In this document: positions 11,720-24,436 of the stretch, one piece after another
Layout of the letters: every line of letters begins with the position of its first letter
Numbering within the stretch: the first letter of the stretch is position 1
From: Lama glama
Taxonomy: Eukaryota
Assembly (NCBI GenBank): GCA_028534125.1
Contig: CM052816.1
Span: 23,438,001-23,502,000, forward strand
Direction of reading: 5' to 3'
Length of the DNA stretch: 64,000 nt
Made by a program: the position numbers and the translations under genes
Notes under the pieces: generated by a model
What the model was told of the DNA's origin: nothing
The model's input: the letters and a program-made list of their open reading frames with translations, nothing else
The model's database searches: none

Positions 11720-12775
11720 TCTTTTGGCAAATGTATATTCTGTAAATATTTTCTCCTAGTCGGTGGCTTGCCTTTTCATTTACTAAACAACATCTTCTGA
11801 AGAGCAAATGTTTTTAATTTTGATAAAGCCTAATTTATTAATTTGCCCTTTATGGTTTGCCTCTTGGTTTCTTAAGACATTTTTGTATAACCCAAGATCA
11901 AGGGCTTTTCTCCTATACTTTCTACTAGAAGGTTTAAAGGTTTTCCTCTTGTACGTAGGTTTATGGTCCATTTTGATCTAATTTCAGTACATGAGATGAG
12001 GTAGGGTAATGTTTCATATTTTTATATATAGATACCCAATATCATGAGTAACTAGAGAAATAAACAGTAAATACAAACTAAAACCACAAGTAGTTAATGC
12101 TACACACCCATTAGAATGGAGAAAATTTAAAATATCTACAATACCAAGTATTTGCTAGGATAGTATAATAGCTGGAACTCTCATGCATTACTGATGTGAA
12201 CGCAAAACAGTACAGCCACTTTGGAAAAAAGTTTGACAGTTTCTTCTTAAACACACGTTTATCATTCAACCCAACAACCCAGTTCCTACATATTTACCAA
12301 GAGAAGTGGATACGTCTATGTAGAAGACTACCAGAATTTTCATATCAGCTTTTTATCCACAGTAGCCACAAACTTGGAAAAAACCCATATGTCCATCAAC
12401 TGTGGAAAGGATAAACACATTTTACTCTACCCTTGGGGAATAAAGTGAAACAAACATTTGCAGCAACAAACATGGTGCTGATACATGCAGCAATGTGTGT
12501 GAATCTCAGAGGCATTATTCTAGGTGAAGGAAGCTTCCATTTATATGAAAGTGTAGAAGAGGTAAAGTGACAGAAAACAGACCAGTGCCAGGAACCAGGG
12601 CTGGCCTGAGGGTGCAGAGGGGCAAAGGGGTACGAGAGAACTTCTCTTGGGTGAGGGGAATGTTCTGTATCACAAGTATGGTACTGGTGCCATGACTGTA
12701 GTTTTCAAAACTCATTCAAATTGTAGACTTAACATTAGTGAAATTTATTGTGCGTGAATTATATCTCAATAAACC
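11720..12775 (+). mobile_element. L1 3' portion with an inverted 5' segment (11720-12040 antisense, about 12045-12775 sense)
   Basis: The minus-strand ORFs 11783..11971 and 11487..11807 give L1 ORF2-like peptides (INKLGFIKIKNICSSED). A sense ORF2 end and 3'UTR follow, ending ttatatctcaataaa. Confidence 0.75.
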
Positions 12776-12914
12776 CATATAAAGAAAGACTTAAGATGAA
12801 TATGTAACATTCTCAGTGCTTCCATCATAGACATCCATGCGTATATGCACAGGAATTAGGGATCCTCCTTCAGGACTGCCCAGGTAAGTAAGAGCTTACC
12901 ACCAGGTAAGTCCA

Positions 12915-13570
12915 TCCATCTGGATGCCCAAACCATGAGCCCAGGGAATCATCCTTGACTAGTTCATCTTTTTTTTTTTTTTTTAGCACCAACATGCAAT
13001 TGGTCATTAAGTCATAGCATTTTCACTTCTTTTAAATAGCTCCTAAATTCATTTACTCTCTTCCAACACATCTACCCACTGGAGATGCTGTAACACCAAC
13101 TCACCTGTTTCTTGTGTTCACTGTCCCCACTGCAATCCAATTTTCACTCTGCAGACAACGGTCATTTGAAGTGAAAATAAAATCCTCTTATTAAAATTCT
13201 TCAGTAACTTCCTAGAACAAATCCAATCTCCTTAACTTAACCTAAAGGCCCTGTGTAATCTGAGTCATTTCCTTTCTTCAGTTCCATCGCCATTTGGACT
13301 TCTTTCAATTCTTAAAACGTAGTATGACTTATTTAGCCTCAGGACTACACATGCTGTTCCCTCTGCCTGAAACATGTCCCCTCCCATCCTGCACATTAGC
13401 TTAGCTCCTAATTATTTTTTGCACATACCTCTCCTCTTCCCTTCCTCAAGCATAATAAGTAGCAGGTTAGGTTCACTGCTCTATGCCAACATAGTACCTG
13501 GTTTTCTACTCACAGTCTCCTGTGATCTAGTATTTATTTGTAATTGTCTGTTCAATGGGTGACTTCACCC
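12915..13570 (+). mobile_element. LINE2 fragment
   Basis: ggaatcatccttgact, cacatgctgttccctctgcctgaaac and other L2 3'-region motifs. Confidence 0.7.
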
Positions 13571-15066
13571 AGCTCCCTCGAACTATCCCACAATCCTGCC
13601 CCCTAGGAATGATCACTGTTGGTTTCGTGCCTTCCAGACTATTATAAAACAAAAACGTATTGACAAACATCAGCATCATACTATATGACAGACAAAATCA
13701 TATAAATATGCAGAGCCCTCCCTCTCCCTTGCCTTCTAAGAGTTGTGCTAACTTCCCCCTGCTCAGCACAACAAGCAGCTACTTATAAGATGACAGCTAG
13801 TTTTCAAATCCAGGTGGTGCGAAGAACGAATAGAAGGAAAATCCTACTTGGAAAGGAAAGAAGAGGTAACAAGAAAGAAAAGATCTTGTGAACACTGAGT
13901 TTTGTTGAACTTGCAGAGAAAGTGGCAACTTCCATGCTGTGATGAATGGATTTTGAAAAGGTTTATAAAAGAAAAAAGATTATTACAAAGTTTTGTCATG
14001 TGTTATGTAAACTTTGCATCATTTTAAAGTGTATAGACATTTTTTTGCTATTCTTTTACCAATATAATGAAGGGGTGGGAATATGGAACTTGCGTTTTAT
14101 TTCTGAGGGCAGCACGGGGCCTGAGTTATCTCAGTTTTGTTTGGATTACGTATAAAATGCAATACAGGAATTGAGTCTCCCTAAAAGGTATTTTAAGGTC
14201 TCTCAATAGTAAAAGAGACCAAGATTAAAAACCAAAAATGAGGACCTCAATCCTCCAATCAGTAAATTATGTCATAAAAAAGTTCTTCAGCTTCGTAAAC
14301 AACAGAAGACCATACTTCAGGCCTTTTAATATACCACTCACGACTCTATATAGGACGCTTGTTTGCCACTGAAAGCTGACTCATTACTTACACATACCCT
14401 GTTGGGACTCCAGTCCCAAGACTAAGAAATACAGATCTAGGGCCAGGAGCTCCCTTCTTGGGCTTTTCCATTGCACTCCTTTGAGCTGCATCCTACTAAG
14501 TAGCAATGCTTATCACTGTAATGATCGTCATCTGAAGACTAAAGTCACTGTACCTAACCCAAATCCTTGAGCATTTGTGTTATATAATTTAGTGTCTTTT
14601 CTTCCAGTTAGGAGCACGGTTAATTCCAAGACTATTTGAAGTGCTGCATCTTAGAAGAAATGGCTTAACCTGCTAAACACTCAATACATGTTTACCGAAG
14701 AACTGAATGAGTGTAATTAAACATTGTGTCATCTATATGTGACCCTGCCAGAGGTGGGAGACAGACGCAAATGAGATTAACACACGCCTACTATGTCTGT
14801 TCTGTGGTTATTAAAACTGCTCAAAATACATGTGTGTGTGAGAGACAGACACAGGTACTAAAAAGGGTTATCAGAATCATTTTGAGACAAAAAGGACTCC
14901 ATTGGCAAAAAAAAAAAGGTTTTTTGAAAAATACTCCCTTTATGTTTTGACTAGTGATGGGAAAGTAACCACTATAATGAAATGGAAAGAGAATTTCATA
15001 TTAGTGGAGTGTTCTAGAACTTTGCTTTGTTGAGGTGTTGACTGTCCATCACTTGACCTTCCTTCA

Positions 15067-15540
15067 TGTGCCATGGGAATCCCCTAGCTGAGAATCACGC
15101 TGGGGCAGCAGGGCACTGATCCCCACTAAAATATCCTCAAAGTCCATGTTCTCATTCTCCTTATCCACTAGGGGGCAGACTCATGACCTAGGCTTACCTA
15201 ACTGACCGTTCATGGAGGCCGATGTGGAGCAAGTAGCACAAAGGAAAGAGGAGCAATTGAGAAGTTCTTTCAACAGCAGCGACCAGTAGTTATGCTGGCA
15301 ATAGCACCAGCAGTTCGCCCAGTGTCCCGAGCCAGCGGCACACACCTCCAAACTTGCCATTCCAGCAGCTGGGCCTTGGCTGTGATGACAGCTGCTCAGC
15401 TTCCTGGGGTTTCTGCCTGCTTTCAGAGCTTGCTTTTCTAGCTTTCCCATCAATTCTTTAAGCTACACAATAACATAATTGTATTCAATTCTTTTCTGCT
15501 AAAGCTAACCAGAGCCCAATTCAGTTGGAACAGGCAAGAC
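15067..15540 (+). mobile_element. ERV-L class LTR (LTR41/LTR50-like), the 5' LTR of the adjacent provirus
   Basis: Begins TG. The 3' part ttcttttctgctaaagctaaccagag is typical of ERVL LTR ends, and it is followed directly by ERV-L internal remnants. Confidence 0.55.
15165..15178 (+). promoter_or_regulatory. Consensus CTCF core motif
   Basis: CCACTAGGGGGCAG matches CCASYAGRKGGCRS at every position. Occupancy is unknown. Confidence 0.6.
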
Positions 15541-15554
15541 ATGACTTAAACAAA

Positions 15555-18500
15555 TTGCTGTCAGGTTGCAGGCTGCAGTCAAAAGAACACAGAAGAACTT
15601 AGGGAGTTGTGCACACTTGGGGTTGAGGGCAATGAACTTCTGCTGGTATCATCAGGAGGAATCTGTCCGTTCATGAGCTACAATGACAAAGCTTCTCTTT
15701 AAAATACTGTCTCCGGTCTACTGGAATGAAATGTGCACTGAGAGCAGAATTTTCTGTGACTATATATGTACTACATGAGATTTTTAAAATGTGGAGTGGG
15801 GTGGGGTACCTGCTTCTAGTGGTCCTACATGAGGCAGAGGGGCCTGAATTCCAAAATTCTCAGCTCAAGGCATGTACAGAAACCATGGGCTTTTTATGAG
15901 CAGACTAAAATAATCTCTAACTTCTGTTACTTCCCCAACTACCTTGGTTTATTGGGGAGAAGACATCCAAAGGCCAGGAGACTGGAATGCTGGAGGGAAG
16001 TGGTCAAGTGAAATGTATGACCCATAGAAAACCTAGAAACTGTTCATCTCTCCAAGGCCTTGGAAAGTAAATTAATGAGAGGACTAACGTCATCTTTAAA
16101 AATACATTAGTGGCTGTTCTTCAAAGCTGCAAATGCTGCTAAGGGATACAGCTGAAATAGTCTCTCTGACTCTGAGTCAACTAGGACCCTGGGTGACATA
16201 GTGGCACTTAACCTCAGGGTTAAGGCTGTGGCTACTGGCAATCTAACCTAAATCACCTGACCCACAGAGATTTTGCTGGTTGCTAATAATATACCATAGG
16301 ATTATTAGGAGTGAAATGGATAGGTGCTTACTAAATCCTATTTGAAAAATGTTTGTAAAGTAAAAACAAAACAAAACAAAAAAATAGAACAAGCAAACCA
16401 ATAAAAACATCCTTTATGTCTGACGACTCATTAGACTAGGGGATCATGGTCTTGTTAACAAATTCCTGGACCTGACTCGGCACAGAGCCCTCAGTGCTGT
16501 GAATGAAGGAAAGCCTGGTCACCCCCGCGAAGACCTGATGATAACGTCACCTGTGAGCCAGTCTTCCTTCTGTAACTACTTACCAAGATTATCTTGCCTT
16601 GGGGAATCGAATGTGCCCAGATCCTTGGAGTCCTATTGTTGGACACAAGCTCTGAGAAAACACTAACACCTGAGGACCCAGCATCCATCGTAATTTACAT
16701 GTTAAGAGAGGGGGCTTCTGGAAATCATCAGTCATTCTGAGATCTGAGTCTGCTTATCATAGGCCCCATGGCTTATCATAGAATCCATATAATAAATATA
16801 TTCCCAAGTATACAGTGGCTAAAACACAGTAGAAATGTATTTCTCACTTATGTGAACATCCAGGCAGGTGCTCCTTATACTTTGGCACCCAGCTCCCTCC
16901 TTCTCAGGGCTCTTCCACGTCCGATAACCCTGCTGGCTGCACCCAGTCTTTGGATGGGGAAGGCACATGAGGAGGCAGACATGTTTCCAAAAAACCTTAG
17001 AAGGACGCACATCATGCCTGTTCACGTTCCTTTGGCAAAATCTGACTACAGGATCATCCTACATACAAGGGAGGGGAGGAAATAGAGCTACCATTTATCG
17101 AGGGAAAAGAGGAAGCAGATTTTAGCAAAAATCTAGCAATCTCTGTCACAATGCTGTGCTTTGTCTACACTTGGTGGCTTCGCCCGAAAGGTAGAACTAG
17201 AAAAGGCAGATCTCCCACGTGTGTTTTCCAACACACAGGGTAAAACGCTACCACAATAATACACCAAATGAAAAACCACTGTAACTCCCCCTTCAAGCCA
17301 AACTCATAAATCAAAGTAACCTTGAATTACTGTGAAACTACAGAGATCGGTGTCTGTATCAAAGATTTAGAAGGTGCAAAGATGGAGATTTTTTCACATT
17401 CCAGTTTAACTCACCTGTGCAGACGACAGGCCCCGGAGAATAACAAATGATTGTTGTGTGTTTAATCGGTGTTAGCTGCCTCTCTGGATGTGTTCTTTTC
17501 TTCTTTCTTGGCAAATGAATACAGCCCTCGATTAGTTAATAGGCAGCTGGTGATTTGGTAGTATCTTGGCCTTTATAATTTAAAACAATGGAAACAATTT
17601 GTTTTTACCTGAAAGAGATCGAAGTACAAGTTTGTCCCAGATTATGTCTCCTCTATAACACTTTCTGTAATTTAGTCCACAGGGACATTAACATTTATAT
17701 GCCCCCCAGGTACACAATGCTTGTTCACTAGACAAATAATAATGTTGACAGACCACACAGGGCACGATGCAGCCATTCTCGATGGAAAGCACATATATTA
17801 AAGATTGCCCAAAGTGTGCTCAGAGCAACCCAATTTTCTCCAGCTGGTCTTGCCAGGGTGCAGGTAGCTCTGCCCCTCTACCCCCCAGAGCCAGGCAAGT
17901 ACAAGGGGCATCGGGAATGTGGGCATTATCTCACCCCTGCTTAGAGCAGCAGCAAGGCATGATCAGCAAATCAAAACGGAGGCCCTGGAAGTTCTGAAGC
18001 ATTGTCTTGTCCCCTTCTGCCAATAACTGCTCCCTTCTTTAAGAAAGCTTTTGGCTTTCTACTAGACCCTGCTGGACATGCAACACCTGACGGTGGAAGA
18101 GCAGATGACCAGGTAAGCGGAGCTGCCCATCGGGAATCGAGTACTGCTCTGTGCTACAAGGATATTAATATGCGACGGTCAATGAAGGAAGGGATGTCTT
18201 GCTCACCACTCCTCCCAGATCCTGGAATGATACCTGGTATATCACAGTCGCTTTGTAAATGTTTTCTGATAGAGGGGAGAAAGGAAAAAGGAAGGATGGA
18301 AGGAAAGAAAGAAGGAACAGAGGGAAGGAGGAAGCTAGCTAAACTTGTCCAGAAATATTGTCTCATGAAACAGAACTTGCTGATACAGAATTAAGTCAAA
18401 GGAGGTCCTGAAGGCTGTATTTTTTATACTGTTCTCTCAAAACATGAGCACCCTATCACACTGAAGTCTCTCCCACTAACCTCATCTATTGTTTCATGGG

Positions 18501-19110
18501 AAGTTCTCTAAGGCAAGTTGAAAATTAAAGAGGAGCAGCTTCAGTCCTGGTTCATAGGTTTCTCTGTGCAATCTTCTGGCACCAACCACAAGTGGACCGT
18601 TGCAATATTACACCCCAGCTCTGGAGCTGTCCTGAAGGACAGTGGGCTGAATTTCAAGCAGTAGATCTTTTTTGTCCACCCGGCTGGAAAGAGGCATGGC
18701 ATGAAGTCAGTTTCTATACTGATTAGTGGACAGTGGTTAATGGTTTTCCAAGGTTGTAAGAAACTAGGAAGCAATCTGATTAAGGGATTGGTGAGAAAAA
18801 AAAAAGCCTATATAAGAATTATGTATATGTACTTCTTCAAGAACTTCGCAGAGTGGGAGACATTTGTGTTCCATGTGAATGCTCTTCAAAAGTCCCCCTC
18901 TGTGAAAGAGGGGCTCATTTCTGGATTATACAAAAAAGCCCTCTCCGAGGACATCAGCTCACCTTTCTCCACATACTAGTCATTGATCAATGAGAGAATA
19001 ACTGAAAAGCACCAGGGGCACGTATGGAATCTATTCATGAACTTGTGCCATCTGCTTCCCTTGCTGAAGTTTATCTGGCCTCTACTCCTGCTGATTAACG
19101 TGCCGACAGA
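15555..19110 (+). mobile_element. Degenerate ERV-L internal region (gag-pro-pol remnants)
   Basis: Colinear degenerate peptides: protease LLDTSSEKTLTPEDP (16636-16680); RT EIGVCIKDLEGA (from 17343) and FNSPV (17405-17419); RNase H WFIGFSVQSSGTNHKWTVAILHPSSGAVLKDSG (from 18548) and TFVFHVNALQ (about 18859). These match ERV-L motifs LLDTGSELTLIPGDP, EISATIKDLKDAG, FNSPIW, WFTDGS..GT..KWTAAALQP, IFVSHVNAHQ. Confidence 0.85.
16775..17150 (-). mobile_element. MLT1 (MLT1J-like) solo LTR inserted in the ERV-L
   Basis: cagtggctaaaacacagtagaaatgtatttctcactta ... ctagcaatctctgtcaca. Confidence 0.65.
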
Positions 19111-19199
19111 AAAACGTTACATTACACAGGAATATTTGAATAATTTTCAGTTAAGGAAGCCTTTTGAAACAATAAAGAAAGACTAAAAATCAGAGAAAA

Positions 19200-19900
19200 A
19201 ACATTTGACTTTACTTTTAAAAAATGTATTATAAAATGTAATTTAGGGGGAAAAAAAGGACAAAAAAGGTTAACATCCTTAACATAAAAAAAAGCTCCTA
19301 CAGCTTTAGAATAAGACAGCTGTCAGAAAGATAAATGGGTAAAGGATAGAATAAGTGATTGAGAGAAGAGGAAATACAAGTGGGAAACAATGATACGAAA
19401 AGCTGCTCAAATTCACCACTAGGGAGAGTAATGCAGAGTATTACAAAAGATTCCATTTTGACTTTTTGTTTTTAATGTCCTAAAGTAAAAAGAGTGATAA
19501 AAGTCAGTGCAGGTGAAGTGTGAGAGGTAGGGACAGTCTTACCTTGCTTCTGAGAGCCTGTGCCGAGCCATTTGGAAATGGAACTCTCCAACTTTAGCAA
19601 AATTGAGGATGGCACCTTCTACTGATCCTGTAACTCCACTTGAGGAAACCTAGCTTGGAGAGAGAGGAGCCAGACACCAAAGGACGCGGGCCAAGGATGT
19701 GACACGGCACTAAACCAGAAGACATCCTCCACGTCTATCGTCAGGCAAATGATTGAGGGATGTGTGGCTTACTTTACTTTGAAAAGCACTGACCTTTTTC
19801 TAGCGATATGGAAAAAGGTATGCACTATATTGCAAACTTTTTAAAAAGTCTTAATGTAAGGCACATAATATTTCTTCTGATATACAGTGGCCGTGGATAT
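19200..19900 (+). mobile_element. Ancient L1 (L1ME-like) 3' fragment
   Basis: Degenerate ORF2-end motifs (aaatgggtaaaggata, aaaagctgctcaaattcaccact, tgatcctgtaactccactt). Confidence 0.55.
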
Positions 19901-20794
19901 TTGCATGAACATGCAGAAAAGAATGGCAGAGTATACAACAAGCTTGAAATACGTCAGAGGAATGACAAAGTATGTTAGGTATAAACAGGGAAAGAGCCAG
20001 AGAGAGGAACTTCTCATGCTTTCTATTGTGTCCTTTAATTCTGGCACTTTAAAAAAATCCACTAAAGAAGTTTTAAAGGAAAAAACCCACAATTCCAAGT
20101 GCTCAATGCTTCTCTGTTTTGCTTTATTTCTACTTCTACATAATTGACTCATTAATGTTTATTGAGTGAAAGTGCAAAGAGTAAATCAGTCACTCTAGAA
20201 CAATTGCCGTCTAAGAGAAAACTTTACATAATACCACAAATTGTTCAGGAAAAGCTCTTACTTGTTTTTTTTCTCCGATGATTTAGCTGTTAATTACTTG
20301 GGCATGTGTTTTAAACCTATGACTGATGATGCCCTTGAGGTTTTTTTTTTCCAGCTTGGGAGACATTTGTTTTAAATTTTTACAATTTAACAAAAATACA
20401 CTTGATCCATAGAAGAAACTACCCTGGCCGGAATACCTCTCACTACATTAAGGTCACATATCATATGGCTATTTAAATTAGAACCAGAAACTTATGTCTT
20501 CCTGTTTCTGGAAAGCCTTTCAAATATTATCACAGGATAAATAAACTCTTATAAAAATTCAAGATAGATTATAAACTAGTTTTCCATCTCAGAAACATAA
20601 AAATACGTGCTAGATCTTCATTTTTGTTTTAAAATGCTTTATGAAAAATGGTGCCGTTCACTTTATGAAGGCAACAATATATCTCTGTTGATCTAAACAG
20701 TTAATTTATATCACATTAAACTCATGATTTCCAAATGGTCAATGTGTAATTCAATACTACGCTTATGAACCTAAATAAAAGATTTACTTAAATA

Positions 20795-20798
20795 TATA

Positions 20799-20842
<44 letters not shown>

Positions 20843-20846
20843 TATA
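20795..20846. repeat. Compound (TG)n(TA)n(CA)n microsatellite forming a perfect 52-bp palindrome
   Basis: tatatgtgtgtg(ta)n cacacacatata, read directly and self-complementary. Confidence 0.95.
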
Positions 20847-22431
20847 AGACTTCAAATATGTATCGCTTCAAAAGCTTTTTAAAAATTCCTTAAGGAAACC
20901 TTGCTTTAGAAAAAAATCCACTTGTAAAGACTCAAATATGGTACAGAAAACCTGTTAGCTAAAACAATGACATCGGGCAGCTATGAACAGCATGTGTAGC
21001 TAATAGGTCTTACTTCTTCTTTTGGTTATCCAACCAAGATGGCTCCCCTGTCTTGGAAAATGAGGAAAAAATAATTTTAGTACTTAAGATATTTTTTTCT
21101 AGTACAAATACTCATGGATTTAATCTCAAATTCTCTGTGAAGAGCTGTCATGGGCTTTCTGTGATCGCTACTTAAATAACATTAAAGACCTTTATATGTT
21201 ATAAGTTAGGAAGTGACTTGTTTACTGTAAAGTATCAGCCAGAAATCTGAAAAAAAAAATTTACTAATGCATTTATTGCTACCCAGCATTTTACAAGAAT
21301 AGAGGGGGATAAATAAAGAAGGAAGAGAAATTTATAGATGGATATAAACTGCAAAGCCTCCCACTGACTGGCATGGTTTATCCAGATTTCCTTGGCCATC
21401 CAGGTCCTATTATAAGCCGCCCAGGGCAGGGGCTGTGTCTGCTCACTGCCAGCACTCAACAAATAATAAGTATCATTATTAACAGCAGGACCTGTGGGGA
21501 GAATTTGTGTGATTACTATTTTTTAATAGCACTGTTCAACAGAACCCTAATTGGATTGCCTCTCAAGACTTTCTTGATCTTGTCTTCTGTGTGTTCTGCT
21601 GAAGAAGGAATGCTTAAACCGATCATTTATACGTTTAAAAATACAGCTAATGAAAAAGCAATTGAGTAAATTGCTGGAGACTGTTTTGTATCACACAGTG
21701 TTGTTCCCACAAACGGTTCATTTTAATGGAATTCCCTGGGAAGTTTAGTCTAATCTGAAATAGAAAATTGTTGCTGCCTCTGAGTTTACATGCTTGTCTG
21801 ATATGCAGAAATTTCTAGAATAATTAGCATTCTTAGTTTCAGACACAAGGCCCTTTCCCAACTTTACACCCGAATCCAACTATTGAAAATTAGTGAGTTG
21901 ATGCAGAAATTGATTCCGTCGTTCTGATTAAATTTCCTGAAATCAGTTTCAAGATACGTTTACACACACAAACACGTACTTAAATATAGCCTCATGTGTT
22001 CATTCATATGATTCTACCTCATGTCTCCTTGTACTCCTTCTTTCAAATCTTTTTTTTTCCTTCCAGGTCCCTGTCAACCATCCAAAGCGTTGATCACTGC
22101 CAAAATCCTCATATATTCTAACTCTAAGTCCTTTTTCCTTTTACCACAATGTAGATGACCAGATTCACAATCGGAAGCTCTGCTAGTGTAGAGGGTTTCC
22201 TGCAACTGTTGTCTCCACTGTCGCGTGTCAGCCCCCATCCATTTTGCACCTGTGTACTAAGTCAGCTCCAGACAACCTCAGGCTCGATCTGAGGGAGAGA
22301 TGCTGGCACGACTGTGCTGGGGGCCGTGGAGATTAGGGCTGCTTCTCACGCAGCTTGGCTGTGCTCCCTGGTACCGCCCATGCTTCATCCTACATCCTAG
22401 CTGTATCTCTTTCAAGTTATGATGACTTTTC

Positions 22432-22760
22432 TAATATGTATTTTTATTGAAGTATAGTCAGTTTACAACTTCTGGTGTAGAGCATCATACTTCAGTCATA
22501 TAGGAACATACATATACTCGTTTTCATATTCTTTTTTCACCATAAATTACAAGATATTGAGTATAGTTCCCTGTGCTGTACAGCATAAACTTGTTATTTA
22601 TCTATTTTCTATATATATTAGTTACTATCTGCAAATCTAGAACTCCCAATTTATCTGTACCCAACCCCTTCCCCACCTGGTAACCGTAAGTTTGTTTTCT
22701 ATGTCTGTGAGTCTGTTTCTGTTTTGTAAATAAGTTCGTCTTTTTTTTTTTTTTTTAATT
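22432..22760 (-). mobile_element. Young L1 3' end (camelid/cetartiodactyl type)
   Basis: tttttattgaagtatagtcagtttacaa...acaagatattgagtatagttccctgtgctgtacag...gtctgtgagtctgtttctgttttgtaaataagttc. Confidence 0.8.
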
Positions 22761-23084
22761 TTTAATGGGTCTGCCCAATTTGCGACTTGGTGCGCCTGAC
22801 AGAATCCGGCTCCAAGTAGGCAGTTCTGGCTACATCCCCACTTAGTGTCCCATAGTCATGTGCCCCATCTTTACCAAGGCCCACCAACAGGCCAGTGGTT
22901 GTTTCTCAAAAGATATATCACTCCCATTGCAGAAGACATGAGTAGGATCTGGAATCTCATGGGCCGTCATTCAGGTTCTCGCAATGAGGCTCACCATCCA
23001 CCCCGGACAGCCTCTTCCCCGTTAGTGATATCTGCAACACCACAAAGTTCTGCTGGGTCATAGGGCCCCGGCTGGGACCTGCCA

Positions 23085-23257
23085 CGGAGCCCGTTCCTTC
23101 TCCAGAAAGGAACTGGACACCCTGCTGACACCTCGGTATTGGCCCAGCAAGACCTGTGCAGGACTTCTGACCTACAGAACTCTAAAATAATCCACTTGGC
23201 TGTTATAAGCCCTAACTTCATCGTAATTTGTTATGGCATCCATAGAAAACGAACACA
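23085..23257 (+). mobile_element. MLT1 (A-D type) LTR 3' part
   Basis: ccctgctgacacctcg...gacttctgacctacagaact...taatttgttatggcatccatagaaaacgaacaca. Confidence 0.75.
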
Positions 23258-24436
23258 GAGTGTATAGAAACCATGGGAAGTAATTAAAATATCAGTTCCA
23301 ACTTTAAGGACAACTGAAGGCTATAATAGAAAAATAAGACTGAGTCAGGAGATGTGCTACAATTACATGTTCTTTTAAAACTCATTGCGGGACTCTGGGG
23401 AAGATAGCTCTATGGACAATGAAGATGCTGAAAATAATTGGGTTTATCAAGCAAATTGGACTAAAGTAATAATATAGTGTAATAATAACATGGATATTTC
23501 GGAGGATACAAATAATGATGGGTTTGAATTAAATAAATATTAGGAAGAGATTCTGATTAGAAGCTGCGTCATTCTTATAATGGAACAGACAACTTAACTA
23601 CAACCAGCTGCACAGCTTTTTCCTAGTTCATACTGAAAAAGAACATGGTGAGGTGAGTATTAAATTCCTTTCTTTCCAAGGCTCTCCCTTGGGTTTTGAG
23701 TAGACTATTATTTTATTTCTTCTGACTATTATACTCCGTTTAGTTAATATTAAGCAACAAACCTAAAGCAAAGATATATTATTTATGAGTCTTGGGCAAG
23801 TTAAATGTTGTGTGGGAAAGTATGCTGCTGGAATGACAGCCTCCAAACACAGTACCAAGAACGTTATCCCGGAGGGTCACAAAACAGAAAGGCTCAGAGA
23901 CCAAATTAAAATGCTCAAATGGCATTTGGAACACACAATGAGAAGCAAGCAGAAAAGAGACAGAACAAGTTAATACACACAGGATGGTGTACAAGTAGGC
24001 TGAAAGGGCCACATGACCTGAATCCTGGGGTACGCCACGTGCACATGTCCTGCCTTTCTCTCTCCTGCCTCTGCTTTCCTCGCTGACGATGTGGTTACTG
24101 GTATCAGAGCTTAGGTTTGAGCCAAAGGGCTGACGGGTGAATGTGTCCTTGACCAATGATGCAACCTACTTTTGTTAAGAGTCACAGGGACAAGTGCCTG
24201 GTCAGAGCTGTATCTTGTCAATTCACTTCCTAAACAGACTTGGGTTTTATTTGTATTTCTTGGGCAGAAAAGATATGGGGCCAAAATGATTGTCACCAAT
24301 AGGTGACCCAACTAAGTATTCATGACTGCTGAGTGCTTCATTTATTTTGTGTATATTCAGTGTATTCTCAATATTTACTATATCACAGTTTGCACCCAGG
24401 GGCCTTATGAATGTTAGGGATCTTACAACTTGTTCA

